Positions 33,978 through 41,774 of a stretch of DNA of 43,039 bases are shown here, one piece after another; the first letter of the stretch is position 1, and each line of letters opens with the position of its first letter. Position numbers and translations under genes: made by a program. The notes below the pieces were generated by a model. The model worked only from the letters and a program-made list of their open reading frames with translations, made no database searches and was not told the DNA's origin. This DNA is from Clostridia bacterium (GTDB lineage Bacteria; Bacillota; Clostridia; Christensenellales; RUG350), in NCBI GenBank assembly GCA_045538365.1, contig JAZSRG010000105.1:1-43039 (forward strand). Direction: 5' to 3'.

Positions 33978-34022
33978 AAAAAAAGAGAGCATTTCGGGGA
34001 AAAACCGATTTGCTCTTTTTTT
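33978..34022. terminator. bidirectional hairpin terminator between convergent genes
   Basis: aaaaaAGAGCATTTCGGggaaaaaCCGATTTGCTCTttttttt (two internal mismatches). Confidence 0.65.
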
Positions 34023-34023
34023 A

Positions 34024-34617
34024 TCAATCTTTTTTAATATTGCCTTTTTGGACGTTTTTCTCTATCAATTTGTCAATGTAGTCAAATATTTCCTTTGAAC
34101 CCAACTTTGTTTTTGCCTGTCTGCCCCTAACTTGGGTTTGATTTACGTTATGTTTTCTCCAATCTTTGCCGTCGTTTGCATCATTTAATAAAATGGGTTG
34201 GAAATTATCCATAGCGCGCGCAAAACGCGCTTCTGCGGATTCGCCTTTCTCAAACTCTTCAAACAAACTTATAAGATGCTCTTTTTGGTCTAAAGGTAAA
34301 ATACCAAATATGCGCTCCGAGGCTTGTTGCTCGCGTTCTTTTTGGGTGGATAGGGCTTGGGTGTCGTACGCGTAAGTATCTCCCGCGTCTATCTCTACGA
34401 TATCGTGAATTAGCGCCATCATCATGGCTTTTGCAACGTCGAAATCTTCGTTTGCGTATTCTTTGAGCAGATATATCATTAAAGCCATGTGCCACGCGTG
34501 TTCGGCGTCGTTCTCTTGACGAGAATATCCCACTAAATGGGATTGACGTAATACGGTTTTTTCTTTATCAATTTCAAGTATAAAATCTACCTGTTTTTCA
34601 AAACGTTCTTTGTCCAT
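34024..34617 (-). CDS. HD-domain phosphohydrolase (YfbR-like 5'-nucleotidase family)
   Basis: 'ENDAEHAWHMALM' and 'LIHDIVEIDAGD' H...HD...D metal motifs, 197 aa. Last gene of the nad operon. Confidence 0.75.
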   Translation of the reverse strand: MDKERFEKQVDFILEIDKEKTVLRQSHLVGYSRQENDAEHAWHMALMIYLLKEYANEDFDVAKAMMMALIHDIVEIDAGDTYAYDTQALSTQKEREQQASERIFGILPLDQKEHLISLFEEFEKGESAEARFARAMDNFQPILLNDANDGKDWRKHNVNQTQVRGRQAKTKLGSKEIFDYIDKLIEKNVQKGNIKKD

Positions 34618-34622
34618 TAGCG

Positions 34623-35135
34623 TTATTCTCCGGCAACGAGAAAGTTTTTTTCTTGTAAATAATTTTCTATTTTGTCCAAGACGTCTGTACTTTCCGCTCT
34701 CACGGTGTGATAGTGATATCCTCCGGTGATATGCATAAGTTCGGAAGATTTTCCCGTTCTAACGCCTTCCATAAATTTATCTACGTGTTCAAGCGTATAT
34801 ATCCACAATTTTGCGCTCACTTTACCGTAAACTTTGTGCCAAACGAATACGTCCACGATAGTGCCTCCAAGGTCAACTATTCCACGAAGTTCGCTTTCTG
34901 TTTCGTTAGACAAGTGTTTTACTTTAAAAACGCGTTCATGGTGTGGCGTTTTGTGCATAACGTATCCGTTGCGAGTGGAAATAATATCGTAGCCCGATGC
35001 TTTTAATACGGATATATCTTGAACGATAATCTGTCGAGATACGCCAAACTGACTGGATAGCGCAGTTCCCGTTACGGGTTTTTGCATCTTGGTCAGATAT
35101 AGAGATATTTCTTTTCTTCTTTGTTCCGCTTTCAT
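34623..35135 (-). CDS. niaR: NAD-biosynthesis transcriptional repressor NiaR (HTH + 3H domain)
   Basis: 'TGTALSSQFGVSRQIIVQDISVLKASGYDI.ST..GY' HTH_11, followed by a 3H-domain His pattern ('H....H', 'GGYHYHT'). Confidence 0.85.
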   Translation of the reverse strand: MKAEQRRKEISLYLTKMQKPVTGTALSSQFGVSRQIIVQDISVLKASGYDIISTRNGYVMHKTPHHERVFKVKHLSNETESELRGIVDLGGTIVDVFVWHKVYGKVSAKLWIYTLEHVDKFMEGVRTGKSSELMHITGGYHYHTVRAESTDVLDKIENYLQEKNFLVAGE

Positions 35136-35150
35136 TTCGTTTTCATCCGA

Positions 35151-36002
35151 TTATATAGCGCGCAAATTTTTCAAAGAAAGGTCGAGTATGGGGGCGGAGT
35201 GGGTAAGCGCGCCACTTGATATATAATCTACTCCGATATCGATAAGACGGGAAATATTTTCTTTGGTTACGTTTCCGCTACACTCCGTTTCTGCTTTGCC
35301 TGCGGTAAGTTTTACGGCTTCTTTCATATCGTCCACGCTCATATTGTCGAGCATTATGATATCTGCGCCTGCATCTAACGCTTCTTTGAGCATATCGAGA
35401 TTTTCAACTTCAATTTCAATCTTTCTAACGAAAGGAGCGTATTCCTTTGCCATTTTTACGGCTTTAAAAACTCCGCCTGCCGCGCCAATGTGATTGTCTT
35501 TAAGCAAAATTCCGTCGCTTAAATTGTATCTATGATTGCAACCACCGCCTACTTTTACGGCGTATTTTTCAAATACTCTCATATTTGGAGTGGTTTTTCT
35601 CGTGTCAAGAAGTTTGGTTTTGCTTCCTTTTAAAAGTTGAACGATAGAGTGGGTGTAGGTAGCAATTCCGCTCATTCTTTGAAGAAAATTGAGAGCCGTT
35701 CTTTCTCCTGATAATAAAACTCTTATATCTCCGCGAACGAGTCCTATTTTTTCTCCTTTTTTAACTTGGTCGCCGTCTTTAAAGAAGAAAGATATCTCCG
35801 TAGCCGAGTCAAGAAGTTTAAAAACTCTTGCAAAAACGTCAAGACCTGCAATAATGCCGTCTTGTTTGCAAATAAGGTCAACCTCTCCAAGACAATATTC
35901 CTTCATTACGGAATTAGTAGTTATATCTTCGCTCGTTATATCTTCTCTTAAAGCGCTTTTAATCAATTCGTCTGCGTTTATTTGCATAGTTACGTTATTC
36001 AT
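35151..36002 (-). CDS. nadC: nicotinate-nucleotide pyrophosphorylase (carboxylating)
   Basis: 'DITT', 'GERTALNFLQRMSGIAT', 'DTRKTTP..R..EKYAV..GG..NHR' and 'IMLDNM' QPRTase motifs. Confidence 0.9.
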   Translation of the reverse strand: MNNVTMQINADELIKSALREDITSEDITTNSVMKEYCLGEVDLICKQDGIIAGLDVFARVFKLLDSATEISFFFKDGDQVKKGEKIGLVRGDIRVLLSGERTALNFLQRMSGIATYTHSIVQLLKGSKTKLLDTRKTTPNMRVFEKYAVKVGGGCNHRYNLSDGILLKDNHIGAAGGVFKAVKMAKEYAPFVRKIEIEVENLDMLKEALDAGADIIMLDNMSVDDMKEAVKLTAGKAETECSGNVTKENISRLIDIGVDYISSGALTHSAPILDLSLKNLRAI

Positions 36003-37269
36003 GGCTTTTTTTCTCCTTTTCTATTGCCGTTAAAACGGTTTGTTTGTATTCTTCTTGGTAATTTTCGTATTTTTCTTGGTTAAGTTTAATTTCTTTGATT
36101 TTCGTTACCTTTTGATAACCGTCTATTATATGGTTTGCCGCGCGTTGAGCAAAAACCAAACTTTCAAGCAAAGAATTGCTTGCCAAACGGTTTTTGCCGT
36201 GAACGCCGTTACACGACGTTTCGCCTACGGCGTATAATCTGTCCATAGACGTTTTGCTGTATCTATCCACGTCTATACCGCCCATAAAATAATGTTGCGA
36301 AGGAACGACGGGGATAGGCTCTCGGGTTACGTCGTAACCTGCCTCTAAACAATGCTGATATATATGTGGAAAATGCGTTTTAATCTCGTGCTCGGGGATA
36401 GGGCTCATAGACAGCCAAACGTTTTCCGAGCCTTCTTTTTTCATTTCTTCAAAAATAGCGTTTGCAACCACGTCTCTCGGTTGTAGTTCGTCAACGAATC
36501 TTTCCCCTTTAGAATTTAATAAAATCGCGCCTTCTCCACGCACGGACTCGGAAATTAAAAACTCCCGTCCGTTTCCTTTCTCGTAAAAGGTGGTGGGGTG
36601 TATTTGAATATAGTCAACGTGTTGTAGTTTGATGCCGTGGCGTATAGCAATTGCTAATGCGTCGCCGGTTAGGTGTCTATAATTTGTGGAATGTTTGAAA
36701 AGTCCGCCGATACCACCCGTTGCAAATACCGTATAATCGGCTTGAATAAAGGAAAATTCCCCGTTTTTGTCGTGACCTATTACGCCGTAACAAGTATTGT
36801 TTTCGCAAACGATATCCACCATAGTGTAATTTTCGATAATAGTGACGTTAGGTAGTTCCTTTACTCTGTCTAATAGGTGAGAAGTTATCTCTTTTCCCGT
36901 TTCGTCTGCATGGAAGAGTATTCTTGGCTTTGAGTGAGCGCCTTCTTTGGTGTACGCGAAGTCTTCTCCGTTTTTTTCAAATCTTACGCCGTAGGACACT
37001 AAATCGTTTATAACGGAACGGGAAGAGCGTATCATTATATCTACCGAATCCGTGTTGTTCTCGTAGTGGCCGGCGCGCATAGTGTCTTCAAAAAATGAGT
37101 CGTAATCGCTCTCGTCCTTTAAAACGCAAATACCGCCTTGAGCGAGAAAGGAGTCGCTGTTCGTTGCAATATCTTTGGTTACGATAATTATATTCTTGTC
37201 TTTGGGTAGATTTAGCGCGCAATACAATCCTGCCGCGCCGCTACCGACTATAATTATATCCGTCTTCAT
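35995..37269 (-). CDS. nadB: L-aspartate oxidase
   Basis: 'DIIIVGSGAAGL' FAD motif, 'AQGGI', 'ATGG.G', 'IQIHPT', 'SE..RGEGA.L' and 'LYA.GE..C.G.HG.NRL.SNSLLE'. 8-nt overlap with nadC. Confidence 0.9.
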   Translation of the reverse strand: MKTDIIIVGSGAAGLYCALNLPKDKNIIIVTKDIATNSDSFLAQGGICVLKDESDYDSFFEDTMRAGHYENNTDSVDIMIRSSRSVINDLVSYGVRFEKNGEDFAYTKEGAHSKPRILFHADETGKEITSHLLDRVKELPNVTIIENYTMVDIVCENNTCYGVIGHDKNGEFSFIQADYTVFATGGIGGLFKHSTNYRHLTGDALAIAIRHGIKLQHVDYIQIHPTTFYEKGNGREFLISESVRGEGAILLNSKGERFVDELQPRDVVANAIFEEMKKEGSENVWLSMSPIPEHEIKTHFPHIYQHCLEAGYDVTREPIPVVPSQHYFMGGIDVDRYSKTSMDRLYAVGETSCNGVHGKNRLASNSLLESLVFAQRAANHIIDGYQKVTKIKEIKLNQEKYENYQEEYKQTVLTAIEKEKKSHE

Positions 37270-37270
37270 T

Positions 37271-38188
37271 TTACTTTGCTATCTCCAACATTTTGTCTAA
37301 GGCTTTAGATGCTTTTTTGATTTTTTCGCTATCAATATTAATAGCGTTTTCTCCCGTTTCTAAAACGTACGCAATTCTCTCAAGAGTGCATTTTTTCATA
37401 TCCGCGCATATAGGAGCGGGGGACACGAAGAAAAACTTCTTATTCGGGCTATCTTTTTGCAATTTATATAAAACGCCTATTTCCGTACAAATGATAAACT
37501 CGTTACACTCGCTTTCTTTTGCGTATTCTATAATTTCCGCCGTACTTCCTATAAAATCGGATAAATCCAAAATTTCTTTAGCGCACTCGGGATGTGTCAA
37601 AACTAAAGCGCAGGGGTGTTCGTTCTTTGCTTTTTGAAGGGTGGTAACGCTTATAGTTTTGTGTATAGGACAAAATCCTTTATTTAAAATGACGTTTTTT
37701 TCGGGAACTTGTTCTGCAACGAATCTACCTAAATTTTCATCAGGGATAAAGAAAATATTTTTATTCGGTAAATTCTTTACGATTTTAACGGCGTTGGACG
37801 ACGTTACGCAAACGTCGCTTTTGCATTTTAAGTCAATAGACGAATTTACGTAGCATACGACTGCAAGGTCGTCGTACTTTTCTCTCATTTTTTCAATGAT
37901 ACCGTCTTCGACCATATGCGCCATAGCGCAGTCCGCCGTGATATCGGGCATAAGCACGGTTTTGTTGGGATTAAGTATTTTTGCGCTCTCTCCCATAAAG
38001 GAAACACCGCAAAATACGATTGTTTGCGCGTCTATTCCTTTTGCAATTTTTGCAAGATAATAAGAATCTCCAACGTAGTCGGCGATTTCTTGAATCTCTG
38101 CGTCAACGTAATAATGCGCAAGAATAGTAGCGTTTTTTTCAGTTTTTAGTTGTTCAATCTTTTGTTTAATAGCATTTTTCATATTCAT
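37271..38188 (-). CDS. nadA: quinolinate synthase
   Basis: 'ILAHYY', 'DY.GDS', 'VFCGV.FM.E.AKIL.P' and 'C.M' cysteines, 'THPEC', 305 aa. Confidence 0.9.
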   Translation of the reverse strand: MNMKNAIKQKIEQLKTEKNATILAHYYVDAEIQEIADYVGDSYYLAKIAKGIDAQTIVFCGVSFMGESAKILNPNKTVLMPDITADCAMAHMVEDGIIEKMREKYDDLAVVCYVNSSIDLKCKSDVCVTSSNAVKIVKNLPNKNIFFIPDENLGRFVAEQVPEKNVILNKGFCPIHKTISVTTLQKAKNEHPCALVLTHPECAKEILDLSDFIGSTAEIIEYAKESECNEFIICTEIGVLYKLQKDSPNKKFFFVSPAPICADMKKCTLERIAYVLETGENAINIDSEKIKKASKALDKMLEIAK

Positions 38189-38219
38189 CTTTCCAAGTAG
38201 TTATTTTACTATTATAAAT

Positions 38220-38248
38220 AGTATAACCAAAAACTTTACAACTGTCAA
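38220..38248 (-). promoter_or_regulatory. sigma-A type promoter of the nad operon, with overlapping 6-14-6 inverted repeat (candidate NiaR operator)
   Basis: Minus strand: TTGACA, 17-nt spacer, TATACT. TTTACA(38235-38240)/TGTAAA(38255-38260) inverted repeat brackets the -35 element. Confidence 0.55.
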
Positions 38249-38291
38249 GTTTTGTGTAAACTTTTGTGCTGATTTTATTTATTCTAAACTA

Positions 38292-38330
38292 CAAAAAAAG
38301 AGAGCGGACTATATAAGTCCGTTCTCTCTT
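38292..38330 (-). terminator. Rho-independent terminator ending the M24/ASRT/CE4 operon
   Basis: 12-bp stem AGAGAGCGGACT-atata-AGTCCGTTCTCT (one G-U pair), with an A-run on + giving a U-run on the - transcript. Confidence 0.8.
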
Positions 38331-38343
38331 GTTTTAAATAAAA

Positions 38344-39240
38344 TTATTTTCTCGGATAATCTTTTACGATATCGCGAGCGGCTTTGAACTCTGCGCCCAT
38401 ATCTTTAAGTAAGTCGATAAGGTCGCGAAGTTCTTTAATTGCAACGTCACCCGTGTTTCTGATGATAAATTCGTCAGGATATACGGTGGACTCGCCGAAG
38501 TGATAACTTTCTTTGCAAGGAACGAATTCCCAAGGATGAATATAGAACGCGATAACGGGTTTTTCTATTCCTTTGCCTTTACAGAACTCGAGATAACTTG
38601 CTACTTTATCAGCAACGAATTTTGCGCCTTTGGTACGGAACTCCGGCCATTGGTCACGGTCACGTTGCAAATCTCCGTCGTTGCTTTCCATTACCATATC
38701 TGCAAAGTTAGGAATTTCCAAAACGGTGCTGTCGCCTTCTTTGGTCCAATCTTCGCGGGACGGGTAATATGGAGCAAAACGTTCACGGTAAAAATACATC
38801 GGGTACGTAGCATCACTCGTGTAACCTAAGTTTTCGAGCGCGTTAACTACTGCCGTGCTACCCCAAAGTCTGGGACAACGGAAAGAAGTGGGACGAACGC
38901 CTGCTGCTTCTTCTATCCACTCGGTTGCAATTTTAAGTCTGGGCTCTACTTCGTGGGGAAGTAAGGGCTTAACTCCGGGGATAGGGAAGAGTTCGTCGCC
39001 TACCGTTTCGTGGTACAAACTGTGTCCGCCTACTTCGTATCCGCGTGCGTTTACGAGTTTAGCGATATCGGGGTTCATTTTTGCGCACTCTCCCGTAAAG
39101 TAGAAGGTTGCGCCTACGTTCTTTTCGTCAAAAATGTCGAGAAGGATAGGTACGCCTACGGGAATACTTTCATAAAACGGGGTAAAACTACCTACGTCAG
39201 TTTCGGTGTCAACACCAAAAAGTACGGTAAACTTTTCCAT
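38344..39240 (-). CDS. polysaccharide deacetylase (CE4 / NodB homology)-like protein
   Basis: 'FGVDTETD' (variant motif 1), 'GGHSLYHE' (H-S-x-x-H) and 'FRCPRLWG' (R-x-P). No signal peptide. AGGAG RBS. Confidence 0.7.
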   Translation of the reverse strand: MEKFTVLFGVDTETDVGSFTPFYESIPVGVPILLDIFDEKNVGATFYFTGECAKMNPDIAKLVNARGYEVGGHSLYHETVGDELFPIPGVKPLLPHEVEPRLKIATEWIEEAAGVRPTSFRCPRLWGSTAVVNALENLGYTSDATYPMYFYRERFAPYYPSREDWTKEGDSTVLEIPNFADMVMESNDGDLQRDRDQWPEFRTKGAKFVADKVASYLEFCKGKGIEKPVIAFYIHPWEFVPCKESYHFGESTVYPDEFIIRNTGDVAIKELRDLIDLLKDMGAEFKAARDIVKDYPRK

Positions 39241-39255
39241 TTGTTTTCTCCTTTA

Positions 39256-39624
39256 TTATTCGCTAAAACCCAAAGTCGTGTAGTATGCAAGGTTGGTTTG
39301 ACGGTTGTCAAGTCTGCCGTATTGCAAAACGATAGGAACGTTTGATACTACTTTCATAGCGTATTGGGTTTCAAGGGGTACAACGTAACCGGACATGTGT
39401 TCGGGAACGTTCATTCTAAAACAACGAACTTCTTTTGCGGGCACCGTCCAAACGATACCTTCGTAAGCGGGAGCGCCCGTGAAGAATAAAGTTACGTCGA
39501 TTAATGCTTCTTTGTTTGAATCATTTACGATAATTACGGATTCGTGTCCCTTCATAACTCCTTCGCCTTCAGGGGGAAGTTCGCAGTCGGGGATAATCCA
39601 TTTTTTCTTACCAATTGCCTTCAT
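39256..39624 (-). CDS. ASRT-family protein (Anabaena sensory rhodopsin transducer-like beta-sandwich)
   Basis: 122 aa. 'W.IPDCELPPEGEG...HESV.I.N......IDVTLFF', 'VPA...' and 'SNVPIVLQYGRLDNRQ.N.A' are collinear with my recollection of ASRT/TM1070 ('...SNVPIVVQHTRLDSRQ...'). Confidence 0.7.
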   Translation of the reverse strand: MKAIGKKKWIIPDCELPPEGEGVMKGHESVIIVNDSNKEALIDVTLFFTGAPAYEGIVWTVPAKEVRCFRMNVPEHMSGYVVPLETQYAMKVVSNVPIVLQYGRLDNRQTNLAYYTTLGFSE

Positions 39625-39634
39625 ATTGCACCTA

Positions 39635-40807
39635 TTAGAAATCTAATTCGATAATACCTTTGTCAAGGTAGTCTGTCATAGAAGTGCAACCGTCTTCGGT
39701 GATTGCAATACCTTTTTCCCAACGAACGCCAAAGCCTTCGCCTGATACGAAGGTATCAACTTGGAAAGTCATGTTGGGTTCTAACATATAGTCGCTTGAA
39801 GTTTCCATCCAAGGTGCTTCAACTTCGATAATACCGGTACCGTGGCAAGGACCGTAAACGAAGTTCTTAACCATATCAGCGTCTTCAAAGAGTTTGTAGA
39901 AACCTTTAGCAACGCTTGATGCCTCAATTCCAGCCTTTAATTGTTCGGTAGTCCAGTTGTGAGCGTCCAAACAGAATTCAACGATTTTCTTTTTCTCTCC
40001 TACGAGTTTGCCCATAGATACGGGAAGACCGATAGCAGGGGAATATCCGTCGATTTTAGCGGACAAGTTAAGTTGAACGATATCGCCCTTTTGGATTTCA
40101 CGGTAACTTGAACGTGAAATTGCGTGAGAAGTGCTCTTCTCGGAGAATACGTACATAGGAAGTCCTTCGTATTCTGCGCCGTTTTCGTAAATAACACCTT
40201 GCGCTACACCAACCATTTGAAGTTCGGTTACGCCGGGTTTGAGTTTACGGATAACTTCGTCAGTTGCAAGTTCAATGATACGGAAACCTTCTTTGATACA
40301 AGCAAGTTCGTTGATGGACTTGATTTTTCTGAGGGTTACCATGATGTCTGCGCACTTAACGATTTCAGCCTTGGGGAAGTCGTTTTTAAGTCCTTCGTAG
40401 ATAGGCAAGGTGCAGTCAATGTAACTACCTAAACCGATTTTAAGGTTTTCGCCCGTAACTCCGATTGCTTTAAATACGTCGGAGAAATGGTCGGGGATAA
40501 GTTCAGGGTAAGCAGGGTCTGCGGACTCTCTGAATTCTTTAAGTACGAAGATTTTTTCAATTTTAGAAAAGTCGGAAGCGAAGATTTTAGATTCGGGACC
40601 AACCATAAGCGCAGCCTCACCGGATGCTGAAATTGCAACGCCACAACGTTCAAACAAAGGCCAGAAACCGCTGAAATAACGGGTGTTAGCGTAGTCGCTT
40701 TCCGTACCGGAAACGATCATAAGGTCAAGACCTCTTTCACGAATAAGTTGAGCCGCTTTTTGAATACGCTCTTTGTATTCGTAATCAGGAATACATACTC
40801 TTTTCAT
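39635..40807 (-). CDS. M24 (creatinase/prolidase fold) family protein with non-canonical metal-ligand positions
   Basis: Creatinase_N-like N-terminal domain ('RGLDLMIVSG...Y.SGF') plus pita-bread domain ('GDIVQLNLSAKIDGYS', 'CHGTGIIEVEAPW', 'GIAITEDG'). AGGAGG lies 7 nt before the ATG at 40807. Confidence 0.75.
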   Translation of the reverse strand: MKRVCIPDYEYKERIQKAAQLIRERGLDLMIVSGTESDYANTRYFSGFWPLFERCGVAISASGEAALMVGPESKIFASDFSKIEKIFVLKEFRESADPAYPELIPDHFSDVFKAIGVTGENLKIGLGSYIDCTLPIYEGLKNDFPKAEIVKCADIMVTLRKIKSINELACIKEGFRIIELATDEVIRKLKPGVTELQMVGVAQGVIYENGAEYEGLPMYVFSEKSTSHAISRSSYREIQKGDIVQLNLSAKIDGYSPAIGLPVSMGKLVGEKKKIVEFCLDAHNWTTEQLKAGIEASSVAKGFYKLFEDADMVKNFVYGPCHGTGIIEVEAPWMETSSDYMLEPNMTFQVDTFVSGEGFGVRWEKGIAITEDGCTSMTDYLDKGIIELDF

Positions 40808-40875
40808 TTTTGTTCCTCCTCTCATATATGAGTATTTCTTTTTGGGTTTACCCCATAGTTTTTTAGATTAACATC

Positions 40876-40904
40876 ATTATACTACGCGCACGCGCGTAAT
40901 GCAA
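40876..40904 (-). promoter_or_regulatory. promoter P2 of the M24/ASRT/CE4 operon with GC-rich palindromic spacer
   Basis: Minus strand: TTGCAT, then the 17-nt spacer TACGCGCGTGCGCGTAG, then TATAAT, about 70 nt before the ATG. The spacer holds a 16-bp near-palindrome TACGCGCG/TGCGCGTA. Confidence 0.6.
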
Positions 40905-40967
40905 TACAAAATAGTCAATTTTTTTTGCACAATATTAAATAAATGTAAAATTTTACAAAAATTAGGG

Positions 40968-41005
40968 TAAAAAATATCCCCGAATTCGTTTGAAAGTCAG
41001 GGATA
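40968..41005 (-). terminator. possible terminator after the ABC permease gene
   Basis: Minus strand: TATCCC...(19-nt loop containing CGAATTCG)...GGGATA followed by TTTTTT. Short stem with a large loop. Confidence 0.4.
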
Positions 41006-41012
41006 GAGAGAA

Positions 41013-41774
41013 TTAAACTATTTTAGTTCGTTTTGGTTTTGTAAGAAAACGAATAAGTTCTATTATTCCTTCAAACAAAAAGGAGAGTAGGACGGCAAAA
41101 AGAGTCCAAGCGAAAAGTTCGGCAATAGCCGTTTTAGTTTGGGCTACTTGCATATAAAAACCTAAACTTTTGACCGTGCTTGCTATAACTTCGGCGGAAA
41201 TTACCACTTTAAGGTTAAGAGAAATTCCCGATTTTAGTCCTGATAAAATGCCGTCACGGGAGAGTGGGATAAAGAGTTTTCTCACTCTCGTCAGCGGTTT
41301 TACGTTGTAGATTTTACTCATCTCCAAAAGTTTTTTATCCACTCCCGATATTGCGGTATGAAAGTTTTCATACAAAAGGGGAAAGGATATCAAAAAGCCC
41401 ACGACCGCAGGTGTAACGGACTCCGAAAACCATATAAAAAAGAGCAAAATCACGCTCATTGTAGGCACGGCGCGGAGCACGGTAACTATTGGGGACGTGG
41501 CGGTGTAGAGCGCAGGTTTTATATAGGACAAAACTGCAAGCAAAAGGGCGAAAATCGCGGACACCAAAAAGCCCAAAAGGGCGCGGAGCGCGGTGGAGAA
41601 TACGCCTATATACAAGTTTTGCGTAGAAAACAGCGCAAAAAATTCGCTCGCCACCACCCACGGATAGGGGAGAATAAAATCCGAGTTTATAACGGCGCTC
41701 GCCACAATCCATAGCAAAAGAATAGTGGCTACGCCGATTAAAATATTTACGATTTTTTTGTTACTTTTCTTCAT
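41013..41774 (-). CDS. ABC transporter permease (NitT/TauT/SsuC-like, binding-protein-dependent inner membrane component)
   Basis: 253 aa, about 6 TM. EAA-like loop 'MSKIYNVKPLTRVRKLFIPLSRDGILSGL' is typical of TauC/SsuC-type permeases. TAATG overlap with the upstream SBP gene. Confidence 0.8.
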   Translation of the reverse strand: MKKSNKKIVNILIGVATILLLWIVASAVINSDFILPYPWVVASEFFALFSTQNLYIGVFSTALRALLGFLVSAIFALLLAVLSYIKPALYTATSPIVTVLRAVPTMSVILLFFIWFSESVTPAVVGFLISFPLLYENFHTAISGVDKKLLEMSKIYNVKPLTRVRKLFIPLSRDGILSGLKSGISLNLKVVISAEVIASTVKSLGFYMQVAQTKTAIAELFAWTLFAVLLSFLFEGIIELIRFLTKPKRTKIV

